From positions 3,264,001 to 3,328,000 of the forward strand of contig CAVUDP010000002.1 in the NCBI GenBank assembly GCA_963740315.1: 64,000 nt of DNA, given 5' to 3'. The position numbers and the translations under genes were made by a program. The notes below the pieces were generated by a model that saw only the letters and a program-made list of their open reading frames with translations, was not told where the DNA came from and did no database searches. Numbering within the stretch: position 1 is the stretch's first letter; every line of letters begins with the position of its first letter. Of this stretch, positions 10,263 through 19,514 are shown piece after piece. Source of the stretch: an uncultured cyanobacterium. GTDB taxonomy: Bacteria > Cyanobacteriota > Cyanobacteriia > Cyanobacteriales > Nostocaceae.

Positions 10263-10379
10263 TAGTACTCCACCACATTAATTTTGATGGGTAATAAAGG
10301 TTCGTAGTAAGAGTTTTAACTCTCTTATCCGAGGATTTGTTACCTTGCATCGAAGGGAACCAATGCCCTTACTACGAAC
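10263..10379. mobile_element. MITE/REP-like element, same family as the 61045-61403 array
   Basis: GTTCGTAGTAAG...CTTACTACGAAC palindrome (10300-10379). Bases 10264-10298 are a near reverse complement of 61368-61402. Confidence 0.7.
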
Positions 10380-10618
10380 TTTTATTATTCTCTGTGGCTG
10401 ATTGTCTCCTATTGAATGAAAAATCAAAAATCTTTTTTCTACTCTCTATTCCCTGTTCCCTGACATAAATAATTCATATGTACTATAAAACCGGGAGATT
10501 TTAGGTTTATTAAATTAAAAAAAATAAATTTTGCAAAGAAAATATAATAATATCGCAAAACGGAGTTGCAAATTTGGGCATCCTAACAATCAGGAGTCCA
10601 ATTTTTATTGTGTCCATT

Positions 10619-11440
10619 ATGCCAACTTCAATATTTGTTGCTCAATCTCCCGCAGCAAAAAATACAAAGACATCTCAAGAGGTATCCGCAGCTACCGATA
10701 CTCAGTTACCTCCACTACCGATAATGGTATCTGGAATACTTACCGTGATGGTAATTGGCTTGATAATCTACGGTAAAATCCAAATGAGTCAGCTAGAAAA
10801 GAAACTTCGGTTTGAGAAATTCCGCACGCGAGAGTTAGAGAAAAAGCTGAAGCTATCTCTCCAAACGATTCGCAAAATGGAAACAAACCCCGATTTGATT
10901 AACTCACGGGAATTCAATCTCGATTATTTGCGAATGCGGATGGCAGAAGAAGTATTCCACTTCGCCATAGTCAATCAGACCAAAATAAAAATAAAAGATA
11001 AAATTACTCAAGCACTCCGTCCAAACCATGCCCAACAAGGATCTGTAGGAATCGCTAGTAGCGGCGGAAGACAAGTAGATGAAACTTTTGATGTCGAATA
11101 TGAAACCGGGCTTGCAACAAATAACGGTAAGCGAGTACTATTTCGCATTCAAATAAGATTAATGAAATTGCCTACACAAGCAACTTCAGCCACTATTAGC
11201 CAATTAATTGACTGCGTTGAAACTTACCTAAGTCCCGCAGAAGACCATGATAATTGGCAACCGACAATACAAGGTAGAGTTGCCTTTATGCATTGGGATC
11301 AAAAAGCCAAACCCACACCTTTATTAGTATTAGAACAATCCAACGAAGGTGTTAATGTAACTTTCCGTACCAGTCGCCAAGCCAATAGCGGCATAATGAA
11401 TGACACGCCAAAAAACAACAAGACTGGCTCTCGAAGATAA
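10619..11440 (+). CDS. Hypothetical single-TM coiled-coil protein
   Basis: Long ORF with one hydrophobic helix followed by a coiled coil. ATG at 10619 is preferred over TTG at 10574. Confidence 0.7.
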   Translation: MPTSIFVAQSPAAKNTKTSQEVSAATDTQLPPLPIMVSGILTVMVIGLIIYGKIQMSQLEKKLRFEKFRTRELEKKLKLSLQTIRKMETNPDLINSREFNLDYLRMRMAEEVFHFAIVNQTKIKIKDKITQALRPNHAQQGSVGIASSGGRQVDETFDVEYETGLATNNGKRVLFRIQIRLMKLPTQATSATISQLIDCVETYLSPAEDHDNWQPTIQGRVAFMHWDQKAKPTPLLVLEQSNEGVNVTFRTSRQANSGIMNDTPKNNKTGSRR

Positions 11441-11624
11441 ACCGTAAACAGTTAGCAGTTAACAGTTTCTATAGGTAAGGTTCCTTATTTGCCTACCATT
11501 TGACATATAAAATACTGTCACTTAAATTTAGATTTTGGATTTACGATTTTAGATTAACTATTAGCATCAATTTAGAGGCACAAATTTAGAACATTAATTT
11601 TTTCAATCCAAAATCTCAAATCCC

Positions 11625-11669
11625 GTACACTTGCTACAACGGTAGTGTTCCTCCGCAAGGCAGTGTACT
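11625..11669. repeat. Short dispersed palindromic repeat (SDR-like)
   Basis: GTACACT...AGTGTAC inverted ends around TGCTACAACGG...CCTCCGCAAG, inserted within AAAATCT repeats. Confidence 0.55.
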
Positions 11670-11686
11670 TAAAATCTAAAATTCAT

Positions 11687-12391
11687 TTAGCTATTGAATG
11701 TTAACTGTTCGCTAGCTAAAATACCATCTTCCATATTTACAATCCGGTCTGCAATATCTAAAATACGACTATCATGAGTCACTAACAAAATAGAAGTTCC
11801 TTGTTCTTTCGCAAGGTGCTGCATTATTTCTACAACATCTCTTCCAGACTGTTTATCCAAAGCGGCTGTAGGTTCATCTGCTAATACTAATGGTGGATCG
11901 TTAACCAAAGCACGAGCAATAGCTACTCTTTGTTTTTGACCACCAGAAAGGTTGTCAGGAAAGTAATCTACTCGGTTTGCCAAACCCACTGCTTTCAAAA
12001 TATTTAGGGATTTAGCAATAGCTTCTTTTTGAGAAATTGATTGAGTCAATTCTGCTGCGATTTGTACGTTTTGTCTAGCGGTTAAAAACTCTAGCAAATT
12101 ATGAGCTTGAAAAATATAACCAATATTACGTCGAATACTCACCAGTTTTTTCGGACTAGCCCGATAAAGTTCTTCTCCCAAAAACTTAAGACTTCCTTCT
12201 TGTACCGAACGTAAGCCACCGATAAGACTAAGTAAAGTTGTTTTACCCGATCCAGAAGGACCAGTCATAATCACAATTTCACCCGGATAAATATCCAGAT
12301 TAATATCATACAAAATCTGTTTCTTCAGCGTACTCTTACCATAATAGTGATTAAGATATTGAATAGAGATCACAGGTTCTTTTCTCATCAT
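11687..12391 (-). CDS. devA: DevA ABC exporter ATP-binding subunit
   Basis: GPSGSGKT, LSGGQKQRVAIARAL and LADEPT motifs; last gene of the devBCA arrangement. Confidence 0.88.
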   Translation of the reverse strand: MMRKEPVISIQYLNHYYGKSTLKKQILYDINLDIYPGEIVIMTGPSGSGKTTLLSLIGGLRSVQEGSLKFLGEELYRASPKKLVSIRRNIGYIFQAHNLLEFLTARQNVQIAAELTQSISQKEAIAKSLNILKAVGLANRVDYFPDNLSGGQKQRVAIARALVNDPPLVLADEPTAALDKQSGRDVVEIMQHLAKEQGTSILLVTHDSRILDIADRIVNMEDGILASEQLTFNS

Positions 12392-12469
12392 AAATCTACT
12401 GGTTGTTAGTAATTGGTAATTAGTAATTAAGAGTTAACTGGTCACTGGTCGCTGGTAACTGGTAACTGA

Positions 12470-13621
12470 TTAAAAAATGTCTGCTGGGTCGGCTGAACGT
12501 AATTTTTTCACGGCAATTGTTCCTGAAATAAAACACATAAAAATAGTTAAAAATAGTACCGAAATTGCTCGGCTACTGCTCATAAAAACTGGTAAAAGAG
12601 TAGCCGTTCTTGCCTGTTTGTATAGAAATAAAGCAAAAGCAAATCCAGGTAAATATCCTAAAACTGCTAAAATAAGAGCTTCTTGAAGTATTACGACTAA
12701 AAAGTAATTATGCGAATAGCCAATTGCTTTGAGAGTAGCATATTCAACTAAATGGTCTGAAACTTCGGTATAAAGTATTTGATAAACAATCACGGTTCCG
12801 ACAATAAAACCCATAATTGTTCCTAAAGTGAAAATAAAGCCAATAGCCGTACTACTTGCCCAAAAGTTTCTTTCAAAATCAATATATTCTTGTTTTGTAA
12901 AAACTTTAACATCTTCATCTAAATAACTTCTTAACTGTTGAGCAACAAGATTTGGATCTGCACCAGGTTTTAATTTTATTAAACCAATATCAATCAATCC
13001 GGGCTGACGATTTACAAAAATTCTCAGAAAATTAACATCACTAGTAATTAAATTACCATCTGCTCCAAAGGAAGCACCTAGAGTAAATAATCCTCCTACC
13101 TTAACTGACTTACTTCTCACTTCTGCCGTAACAGTATTACCTTGTTCAAATTCAGTTGCAATTGGACCATATTCTTGTCGGGAAGAACGGTCATATAACA
13201 CTACATTTGGTAATTGTATTTTATCTAAATTTTCTTGAAGACCGGGAAGATTCAATACATTCTTTTCTGGATTAATTCCTATAACCAAAAGATTTCGAGG
13301 AATACCTGTTTGTGGATTTTTCCAACTCGTATAGTCCACATAAATCGGATTTACTGACTCTACAGACTCCAAATCTAAAGCTTGGTAAAGACGGTTTTGA
13401 GAAAACTTTTTCATCGACAGTAAAGCACTTGTCTGACGATTAATTAAAACGATTTCCCCTTGCAAACTATGATGAAAACGAACGTTACTATAATACAGAG
13501 AATCGCGAAAACCAAGCTGCATAAACATTAGAATATCAGCAAAAGCAATTCCTGCTAATGCAACCGCTAAACGGGAAGCTTCGCGCTTAAGTTGTAACCA
13601 TGCTAGAGGTAATTTACCCAT
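12470..13621 (-). CDS. devC: DevC ABC exporter permease
   Basis: LAWLQL...ILMFMQLGF N-terminus and KLRSADPADIF C-terminus, typical of DevC. Confidence 0.9.
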   Translation of the reverse strand: MGKLPLAWLQLKREASRLAVALAGIAFADILMFMQLGFRDSLYYSNVRFHHSLQGEIVLINRQTSALLSMKKFSQNRLYQALDLESVESVNPIYVDYTSWKNPQTGIPRNLLVIGINPEKNVLNLPGLQENLDKIQLPNVVLYDRSSRQEYGPIATEFEQGNTVTAEVRSKSVKVGGLFTLGASFGADGNLITSDVNFLRIFVNRQPGLIDIGLIKLKPGADPNLVAQQLRSYLDEDVKVFTKQEYIDFERNFWASSTAIGFIFTLGTIMGFIVGTVIVYQILYTEVSDHLVEYATLKAIGYSHNYFLVVILQEALILAVLGYLPGFAFALFLYKQARTATLLPVFMSSSRAISVLFLTIFMCFISGTIAVKKLRSADPADIF

Positions 13622-13628
13622 ATTTATA

Positions 13629-13783
13629 AACAGTTAGCAGTGAGCAGTGAGCAGTGAGCAGTGAGCAGTTAGCAGTGAGCAGTGAGCAGTGAGCAGTGAG
13701 CAGTTAGGAATTCGGAGTTAGGAGTTAGGAATTCGGAGTTAGGAATTCGGAGTTAGGAATTAGGAATTGGGAGTTAGGAGTTA
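13629..13783. repeat. STRR arrays (AGCAGTG)n and (AGGAGTT/AGGAATT)n between devB and devC
   Basis: Tandem heptamers visible directly in the sequence. Confidence 0.9.
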
Positions 13784-13862
13784 TTTCTAAATTATCTACC
13801 CCATCTCCCCCCTCTACCCCCTCTAATAAAATCCCCTTGTCACCCCATCCCCTCATCACTTT

Positions 13863-15278
13863 TCAATTCTGAATCGTAGCAATCACCTTGGCGTTGGTTA
13901 ACCCTGCGACTCTCTGTGCGTCTTGTTCGGATAGAGCAATCTTGACTTCTACGACTCTGGCATCTACATCTGCCGCAGGATCGGTATTTAGGACATTTTT
14001 CGTGCCTATTTTTCTACCAATTTCAGACACGGTTCCTTGTAGTCTGCCGCTAAATGCTCCATTGTCACTAACTATGGAAGCCAACTGTCCAAGACGCACT
14101 CTACCAATACTCGCTTCGGGAACTTCAGCTACAACAATCATTTCGTCGGTACGTCCAATTTCAGCGATACCTTCAGCGCTCATGGTTTCTCCGGCTTGGG
14201 TATGTATTTCTAAAACTTCTCCTGCTATGGGTGAGATGATATAACTCAATTTCATATCCGCTTCGGCTTTTTTCAGTTGTGCGATCGCATTATTCACCTG
14301 AGCTTGTGCAATCCGAGTATTGCTAGGACGAATTTCTTCAAGTCTATTTAAATTCGCTTTTTGTTCGTCTATCTGTCTTTGTAAAGTTGCTATGGCTTTG
14401 TCTTGATTGGCTTTTGCTTCTATAAGCTGTTGTCGCAGAATGTCGATGGTTTTTCCTCTATCGGCTTGAGCTTGAGCAAGTTGCTGACGCAGGCTGGCAA
14501 TTATTTGTCTGCGGCTAGCTTGACTTTCTATTAATTGCTGAGTTGCAGTTTGTGCGCCCAATCTTCTGCGATCGCGTTCTTGCTGAGAAATCGCACCTTG
14601 TCTGTACAATTGTTCGTAACGCTCTGCATCAATTTGAGCATTCCTAGCTTCTGCTTGAACCCTTGCCACCGTTGCTCTCAAAGAATCTTGCTGCCCTTCA
14701 AGTTCCACAGCTAAACGATTTATTGTTGCTTGTTGAGAAATAGTTTCTCCACGTAACTGTGCTTGCAAACGAGCAATTGTTGCACTACTAGCCTTTTGTT
14801 CGCCATTTAACTCTGCTTCAAGGCGAGCAACTATCGCCCTTTGAGCCTGAATTTCTCGCGGCGAACCGACTTTGACACCAGCCAAATTCGCACGGTTTTG
14901 TTGAATATTGGCTTTTGCTTGTTCTACCGCAGCTTGACTACTTGCAAAGCCATCTAAAATCGCAATAACTTGACCTTTTCTAACTTTTTGTCCTTCCTTG
15001 ACCAACATTTGATCTACTCTTGATGTACCTTGTATCCCCGTTGGTGCAGAAAGTTTAATTACTTCTCCTTTAGGTTGCAAACGTCCGACTGCATTCACGC
15101 TACTTACTGCCGGTACAACTGGTACTGGTGTATTGGAGCTTTGAAATTGTTCTATTCTTGCTTTAGTTAGTACCCCAGCAGTAATTGCTAACGGTATTGC
15201 TACTGCGATACCCCACCACAATCTTGATTTGCCAAGTGGCTGCTCCTTCGGCACTGGTTTTTCACTAACCCTTGACAT
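13863..15278 (-). CDS. devB: DevB membrane fusion (HlyD-family) protein
   Basis: AVGRLQPKGEVIKLSAP, a long coiled coil and DVDARVVEVKI. Lies upstream of devC and near pcyA, as at the heterocyst devBCA locus. Confidence 0.85.
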   Translation of the reverse strand: MSRVSEKPVPKEQPLGKSRLWWGIAVAIPLAITAGVLTKARIEQFQSSNTPVPVVPAVSSVNAVGRLQPKGEVIKLSAPTGIQGTSRVDQMLVKEGQKVRKGQVIAILDGFASSQAAVEQAKANIQQNRANLAGVKVGSPREIQAQRAIVARLEAELNGEQKASSATIARLQAQLRGETISQQATINRLAVELEGQQDSLRATVARVQAEARNAQIDAERYEQLYRQGAISQQERDRRRLGAQTATQQLIESQASRRQIIASLRQQLAQAQADRGKTIDILRQQLIEAKANQDKAIATLQRQIDEQKANLNRLEEIRPSNTRIAQAQVNNAIAQLKKAEADMKLSYIISPIAGEVLEIHTQAGETMSAEGIAEIGRTDEMIVVAEVPEASIGRVRLGQLASIVSDNGAFSGRLQGTVSEIGRKIGTKNVLNTDPAADVDARVVEVKIALSEQDAQRVAGLTNAKVIATIQN

Positions 15279-16002
15279 CGTATTTTACTCCATGCTTTTA
15301 ATTATGCTGAGTGGAAATAATTAATAATTTCATCTCAAGCCGTCATAGTGGCTCAAAATAATAAATGGTTTGTTAAAAATAAGGTAAAAAAAAAGGCTTT
15401 ACAAACAAAAGTTTTTTTTAAATAATTTGCATTTGCTGTATAGTTGCTGTTTATTTAAAGCTTAGTAACCTTCAGAATTGATAATTTGCATGACGATTAA
15501 ATTATCCTAGCTAGTTTATAGCTAAAATTGCCAAGTAATTCAATATTATATTGATATCTTTCTAAGCTTTTTTATGTTTTTAATGACCATTTTTGTATGA
15601 ATTATAGAGACTCGGTAATACTATTTATATAATTGATATTTTAATAAAAATATTAATGTTTATCTAAGTTATTTTTACCAAGCAGGATTACTAAAAATCT
15701 TTCGGAATCAAGTTAATTCAACGTTAATAAGCAGCTTATTTCAAAAAATATAGGTAATTTTAATCGGCAATAATAAATTTGTTTGTGACCAAAAAGTTAA
15801 CGAATAAAATGTTCAATCTTAAGATACCTTTAACCTATCAAGAATTGATACAATAAAGAATTATTTAGAAATAGTTAGATTTCCCTAAAAAACAGATTTT
15901 ATTTAAATTAGAAAACCAAGTAATAGTGGATAATTTATCCGTTATACTTCGTACACCTAATTTATTAATCTTCTATAACTATATTTAACTTAATCTAAAT
16001 AA

Positions 16003-16044
16003 ATTCTACATTGACAAGTTATTTTAAAACGTAACAGAATCTAC
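16003..16044 (-). promoter_or_regulatory. Class II NtcA-activated promoter of devBCA
   Basis: Minus strand: GTAGATTCTGTTAC (16044-16031), exactly 22 nt, then TAGAAT (16008-16003). This matches GTA-N8-TAC-N22-TAN3T. Confidence 0.8.
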
Positions 16045-16252
16045 AGATGGGTAATACTATAAAGAGAGGTTAACAGGACTTGATTGTTAGTTGATTGTTA
16101 ACCGCACGCTACAATGGCAGCACCTCCGGCTCCCATACATAAAAATTCATGTAAATGACTATATATAGTTAAAGTTAAATTATCAAAAATTATGGTACTA
16201 AAAAACCCGGCTTCTTCAAAAAAACCAGGTTTGGGGAATTATCATAAATTAT

Positions 16253-16999
16253 TTAAGAAGGCATATCAAATAAAACAGTTGTCATATAATGTTCAGCCCA
16301 CTCGGAACCAAAAGCTTTTTCTAAAACGCGACGAGTTTTATCGTTTTGCTGTTGTTTAGTACAGTAATTTAATTGCCCTTCAAGCAGTTTACTTGCTGAT
16401 AACGATGAAACGGGTTTTGCAGCAACAGCATTTTGACAATGAACTTCTAAAAAATTCTCAACTCGTGAAAGAAACATTTGTTCTTCTTCAGGAGAGCCAG
16501 GGCGTACAAAAATGCAAAACTCAGAAAAAATGTCTCCCCATTCAGGTAATTCACGAGGTTGGGAGAAATTGAGTTCGGGTAACGCACCAAGTTGGGTATT
16601 ATAGCTAGATGGTAAAGTACCCTTCGTACCATTCATATTAAGCGGAGACAAATCGGCGATCGCAGCACTAATTTGACCTCTACCTCCCACCAAATCGCAA
16701 CCAAACATCGGTAAGTCATATTCTGGATTCGGAAACATGACGCAATGCAAAATATCCAACATTGAACCAACTTTCGCCAGTTCCATATGCAGCTTGCGGA
16801 ATTGAGGAGTTTGATAACAGCTATTTTCAATAGTAAGTTTTTCACCTTCTAACTTACCTTCCACATATCCTAATTCCGCAGGTAAATGATAAGGAGATAA
16901 ATCTAAATGCCGATGCCAAACTGTTTCGATGCGATCGGCTAACTGGCGAATCAGGGGATGTTGTTGCTCGCGTAGTGAAGAATTAGAAGCTACTGACAT
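16253..16999 (-). CDS. pcyA: Phycocyanobilin:ferredoxin oxidoreductase
   Basis: QTPQFRKLHMELA, LDILHCVMFP, FGCDLVGGRGQISAAIADLSP and QQQNDKTRRVLEKAFG motifs. Confidence 0.97.
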   Translation of the reverse strand: MSVASNSSLREQQHPLIRQLADRIETVWHRHLDLSPYHLPAELGYVEGKLEGEKLTIENSCYQTPQFRKLHMELAKVGSMLDILHCVMFPNPEYDLPMFGCDLVGGRGQISAAIADLSPLNMNGTKGTLPSSYNTQLGALPELNFSQPRELPEWGDIFSEFCIFVRPGSPEEEQMFLSRVENFLEVHCQNAVAAKPVSSLSASKLLEGQLNYCTKQQQNDKTRRVLEKAFGSEWAEHYMTTVLFDMPS

Positions 17000-17054
17000 T
17001 GCTTTAAACCAACGAATCTTATCTAATAGTCAGTTTACCGCTATTAGTTATGCT

Positions 17055-17483
17055 TCAAACTGTCCAATCTTCCATTGCTAACCCCGTCACTTTACCAAAA
17101 TCTCGATAATTACGAGTCAACAAGATTAATCCACAGGACAGCGCAATCGCTGCGATTCTAGCATCCATCTTTCCCAGTTGAATTCGTTGCGACTGTAATT
17201 GACTCAGTGCCGAAGCTGCACCCGCATCAAACGAGACGAGGGGTAACACCTTGAAGTCGCGGACGAGTCGCGTCATCATTTCATACCCCTTCACCATGTC
17301 ATTAAGGTTACGAGCGCGATTGATGTAAGTATGACAGCCAAGCATCTGTTCGTGAAATGTTATGGTTGATACGGCAAAATCTGATAGCGGGTAGTTAGCC
17401 ATGCGGGTTGAAAGGTTTATATAATCCTGCCCTGCTTGACGCTGAAGAATACTCAGATGGTCTGTATCTAACAAATATTTCAT
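17055..17483 (-). CDS. vapC: VapC/PIN-domain toxin
   Basis: YLLDTDHLS, DARIAAIAL and LLTRNYRDF PIN motifs. ATGA overlap with the upstream gene. Confidence 0.9.
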   Translation of the reverse strand: MKYLLDTDHLSILQRQAGQDYINLSTRMANYPLSDFAVSTITFHEQMLGCHTYINRARNLNDMVKGYEMMTRLVRDFKVLPLVSFDAGAASALSQLQSQRIQLGKMDARIAAIALSCGLILLTRNYRDFGKVTGLAMEDWTV

Positions 17484-17695
17484 GACTCGTCTTGCGCTTC
17501 GAGGAGCGACTCATCACCTTGACGAATTGCTCGACCATAAGCAAGTACCTCATCAAAAGCAGGTTCATCCTTAAAAGATCCTGTAACTTGTTGCAGCCAA
17601 TTGCTTGGTTGAGGAGTCGCAATTTGCTTCTGCAATTGTGCGATCGCTGCTTCTACTGCTGCAAGTCGTTCCTCTAAAGAAGTGTTAGGTGCCAT
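17480..17695 (-). CDS. Putative antitoxin of the VapC module
   Basis: 71-aa acidic protein translationally coupled directly upstream of vapC. Confidence 0.8.
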   Translation of the reverse strand: MAPNTSLEERLAAVEAAIAQLQKQIATPQPSNWLQQVTGSFKDEPAFDEVLAYGRAIRQGDESLLEAQDES

Positions 17696-17743
17696 TTTAT
17701 TTCCCCTTGATTAATTATTTCTATCTGGAGGATAACTTACCTT

Positions 17744-18712
17744 CTACATACCCCAACTCAATACACTCCAAATCTCAATATTTTGATTTTGATTGTAGCT
17801 TGCAAGCCATTTGCCATCCGGACTTAAAGCGATTCTCTCAACCTTTGCGGAGCTTTTACTTGATGTGCAAACTTCTTGATTACTTTTAACATCCCACACA
17901 ACAATTTTCATCTCACAATTGCAGTATGCCAACAGTTTTCCATCAATGCTCATTGTTGCTGGCAAATCTCCATCTAAAGAACATATCGCCTCGCCAGTAT
18001 ATACGTCCCAAAGCCGAATTTGTTCTGAAAACAAACCACAAGCAAGTAATTGTCCTGTGTGGCTTATTGAAAGATACTCAGCAAGCCCAATACTTGAACT
18101 GCTAAATGTACGAATCAGTTCACCTGTGCTTATATCCCACAGGTGATGAAAGCCTCTATTCAAGGTTTGACTTAATAAAACCTTACTATCTGGGCTGAGT
18201 ATGACAGATGAATTAGACGAAGAATGTTCCGAACTAAATTTTTGTGCTGGAAGCCTCGTAGCACCATATCCATCTGTGCTGATGGGTTCTGCGAGCAAGT
18301 TATAAACAGCGATTTCTTTTCCCAGTTGCGCCCCACAGGCAACAATTGGCTCATACAGACTCGCAGTAAGTGGGGTAACATTACTTTTGTGTTCCGGTAA
18401 ACTGCGAGGAGCGGCATCGAGAATCAGATCGAATTCATCCGTTACAAGATTTAATCTGAGAATCACATCCGCGTTGTAAACAGTTCCCAAAAGCCATTTT
18501 TCATAAGCACTAACGCTGACACAATCGTGTCTAAAATCAACTGTTTTGACCAAATCGCCTGTTGCTAAATCCCAAAACTTCACAGTTTCATACTGTTCTT
18601 TGCTAGAAGCCAAGCTATGGGCATTACTTATTAAATTTCTACTGTCTGCGCCGATCGCAAAATAATTAGGTTTTAACTCGCTCTTGCCAGAAATAGTGTG
18701 GGTGAGCTTCAT
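17744..18712 (-). CDS. WD40-repeat protein
   Basis: Repeated xxWD units (VKFWD, HHLWD, IRLWD, VVWD) and SPDGK/SPDSK turns. Confidence 0.85.
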   Translation of the reverse strand: MKLTHTISGKSELKPNYFAIGADSRNLISNAHSLASSKEQYETVKFWDLATGDLVKTVDFRHDCVSVSAYEKWLLGTVYNADVILRLNLVTDEFDLILDAAPRSLPEHKSNVTPLTASLYEPIVACGAQLGKEIAVYNLLAEPISTDGYGATRLPAQKFSSEHSSSNSSVILSPDSKVLLSQTLNRGFHHLWDISTGELIRTFSSSSIGLAEYLSISHTGQLLACGLFSEQIRLWDVYTGEAICSLDGDLPATMSIDGKLLAYCNCEMKIVVWDVKSNQEVCTSSKSSAKVERIALSPDGKWLASYNQNQNIEIWSVLSWGM

Positions 18713-18768
18713 ATTTAGATTTTATTCTAAGTCTTAGTAAGTAAATTTATGACACAGCTTTTTCGATA

Positions 18769-19431
18769 CTATGATGGTAAATCCTGCTCTCCATAAGCAT
18801 ATAAATCTAAATCTACTTCTGCTCCCAACGCTGCAATCCTACGAATTGTTGCTTTGTCGATATGCCATCCACCCATCCAACCTCGATATCCTTCGTAGCA
18901 GATGCGAAGGTAAATCTCACACTTATCCCCAAGAGCGGCGATCGTTGATTGTGCTGGTTCAAGACGATCGAGCAGGAAGTTTAGCTTGTTTTCCAAATTT
19001 CCCGGTACACCTTTCTGTGGCTCGAAGTACCAGCGATTTTCTTTAAATTTCACATTAGGGTTTCGAGGATTTCTTGATTCCCCCAGCAATTGCGTTCTCG
19101 TCGGGTTCAACTTTACCTTTTCAGTAATTGTGTTTGGATCAAGCGCAGTGCTAGCGATCGAGAGATACACCCTTATAGCCGCTTCAATATAAGCAGCTGA
19201 TGCAACAAGCTTTTCGCACTCTTGTTTAATGAAGACGACAAAATGGTAAGGCTCATCTTCAATTCCAAAATAAATATAATAAGCACCTGGATAGCTGTTC
19301 TCATCAACTAACAAAATTAAAGGATTTCCATCTTCAACTACAAGCTTATGCACAGCCAACACTTGCTCAGTAACCCCAAGTGTTGGATTCAAAACTTCAT
19401 AAATTGCCACTTGTGACGCTAAATCGTGCAA
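18769..19431 (-). CDS. DUF4279-domain protein
   Basis: LDPNTITEKVKLNPT near the start of the domain and IRRIAALGAEVDLDLY at the C-terminus are typical of DUF4279. TTG start. Confidence 0.7.
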   Translation of the reverse strand: MHDLASQVAIYEVLNPTLGVTEQVLAVHKLVVEDGNPLILLVDENSYPGAYYIYFGIEDEPYHFVVFIKQECEKLVASAAYIEAAIRVYLSIASTALDPNTITEKVKLNPTRTQLLGESRNPRNPNVKFKENRWYFEPQKGVPGNLENKLNFLLDRLEPAQSTIAALGDKCEIYLRICYEGYRGWMGGWHIDKATIRRIAALGAEVDLDLYAYGEQDLPS

Positions 19432-19463
19432 TTTTCTTAAACCCTTACCTTAGAGTTGTAGCC

Positions 19464-19482
19464 GCATAACTATTTATTACAC
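19464..19482 (-). other. attI-like recombination site
   Basis: Minus strand reads GTGTAAT-AAATA-GTTATGC. This is the same TAA-N6-GTT spacing as attI1 (CCCTAAA-ACAAA-GTTRRRY), and it lies between the intI remnant and the first cassette-like gene. Confidence 0.6.
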
Positions 19483-19514
19483 GTAAATTGTTCGTACAAT
19501 CTTTTTATAAATAA

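Noticed and set aside
15701..15706. Heterocyst DIF1 motif (TCCGGA) in the devB leader
   Set aside because: Only a one-mismatch hexamer, which is expected by chance without TSS data.
18730..18757. Chromosomal dif / XerCD site
   Set aside because: TAA-N6-TTA spacing is present, but the arms match the dif consensus poorly. The integron context explains the region better.
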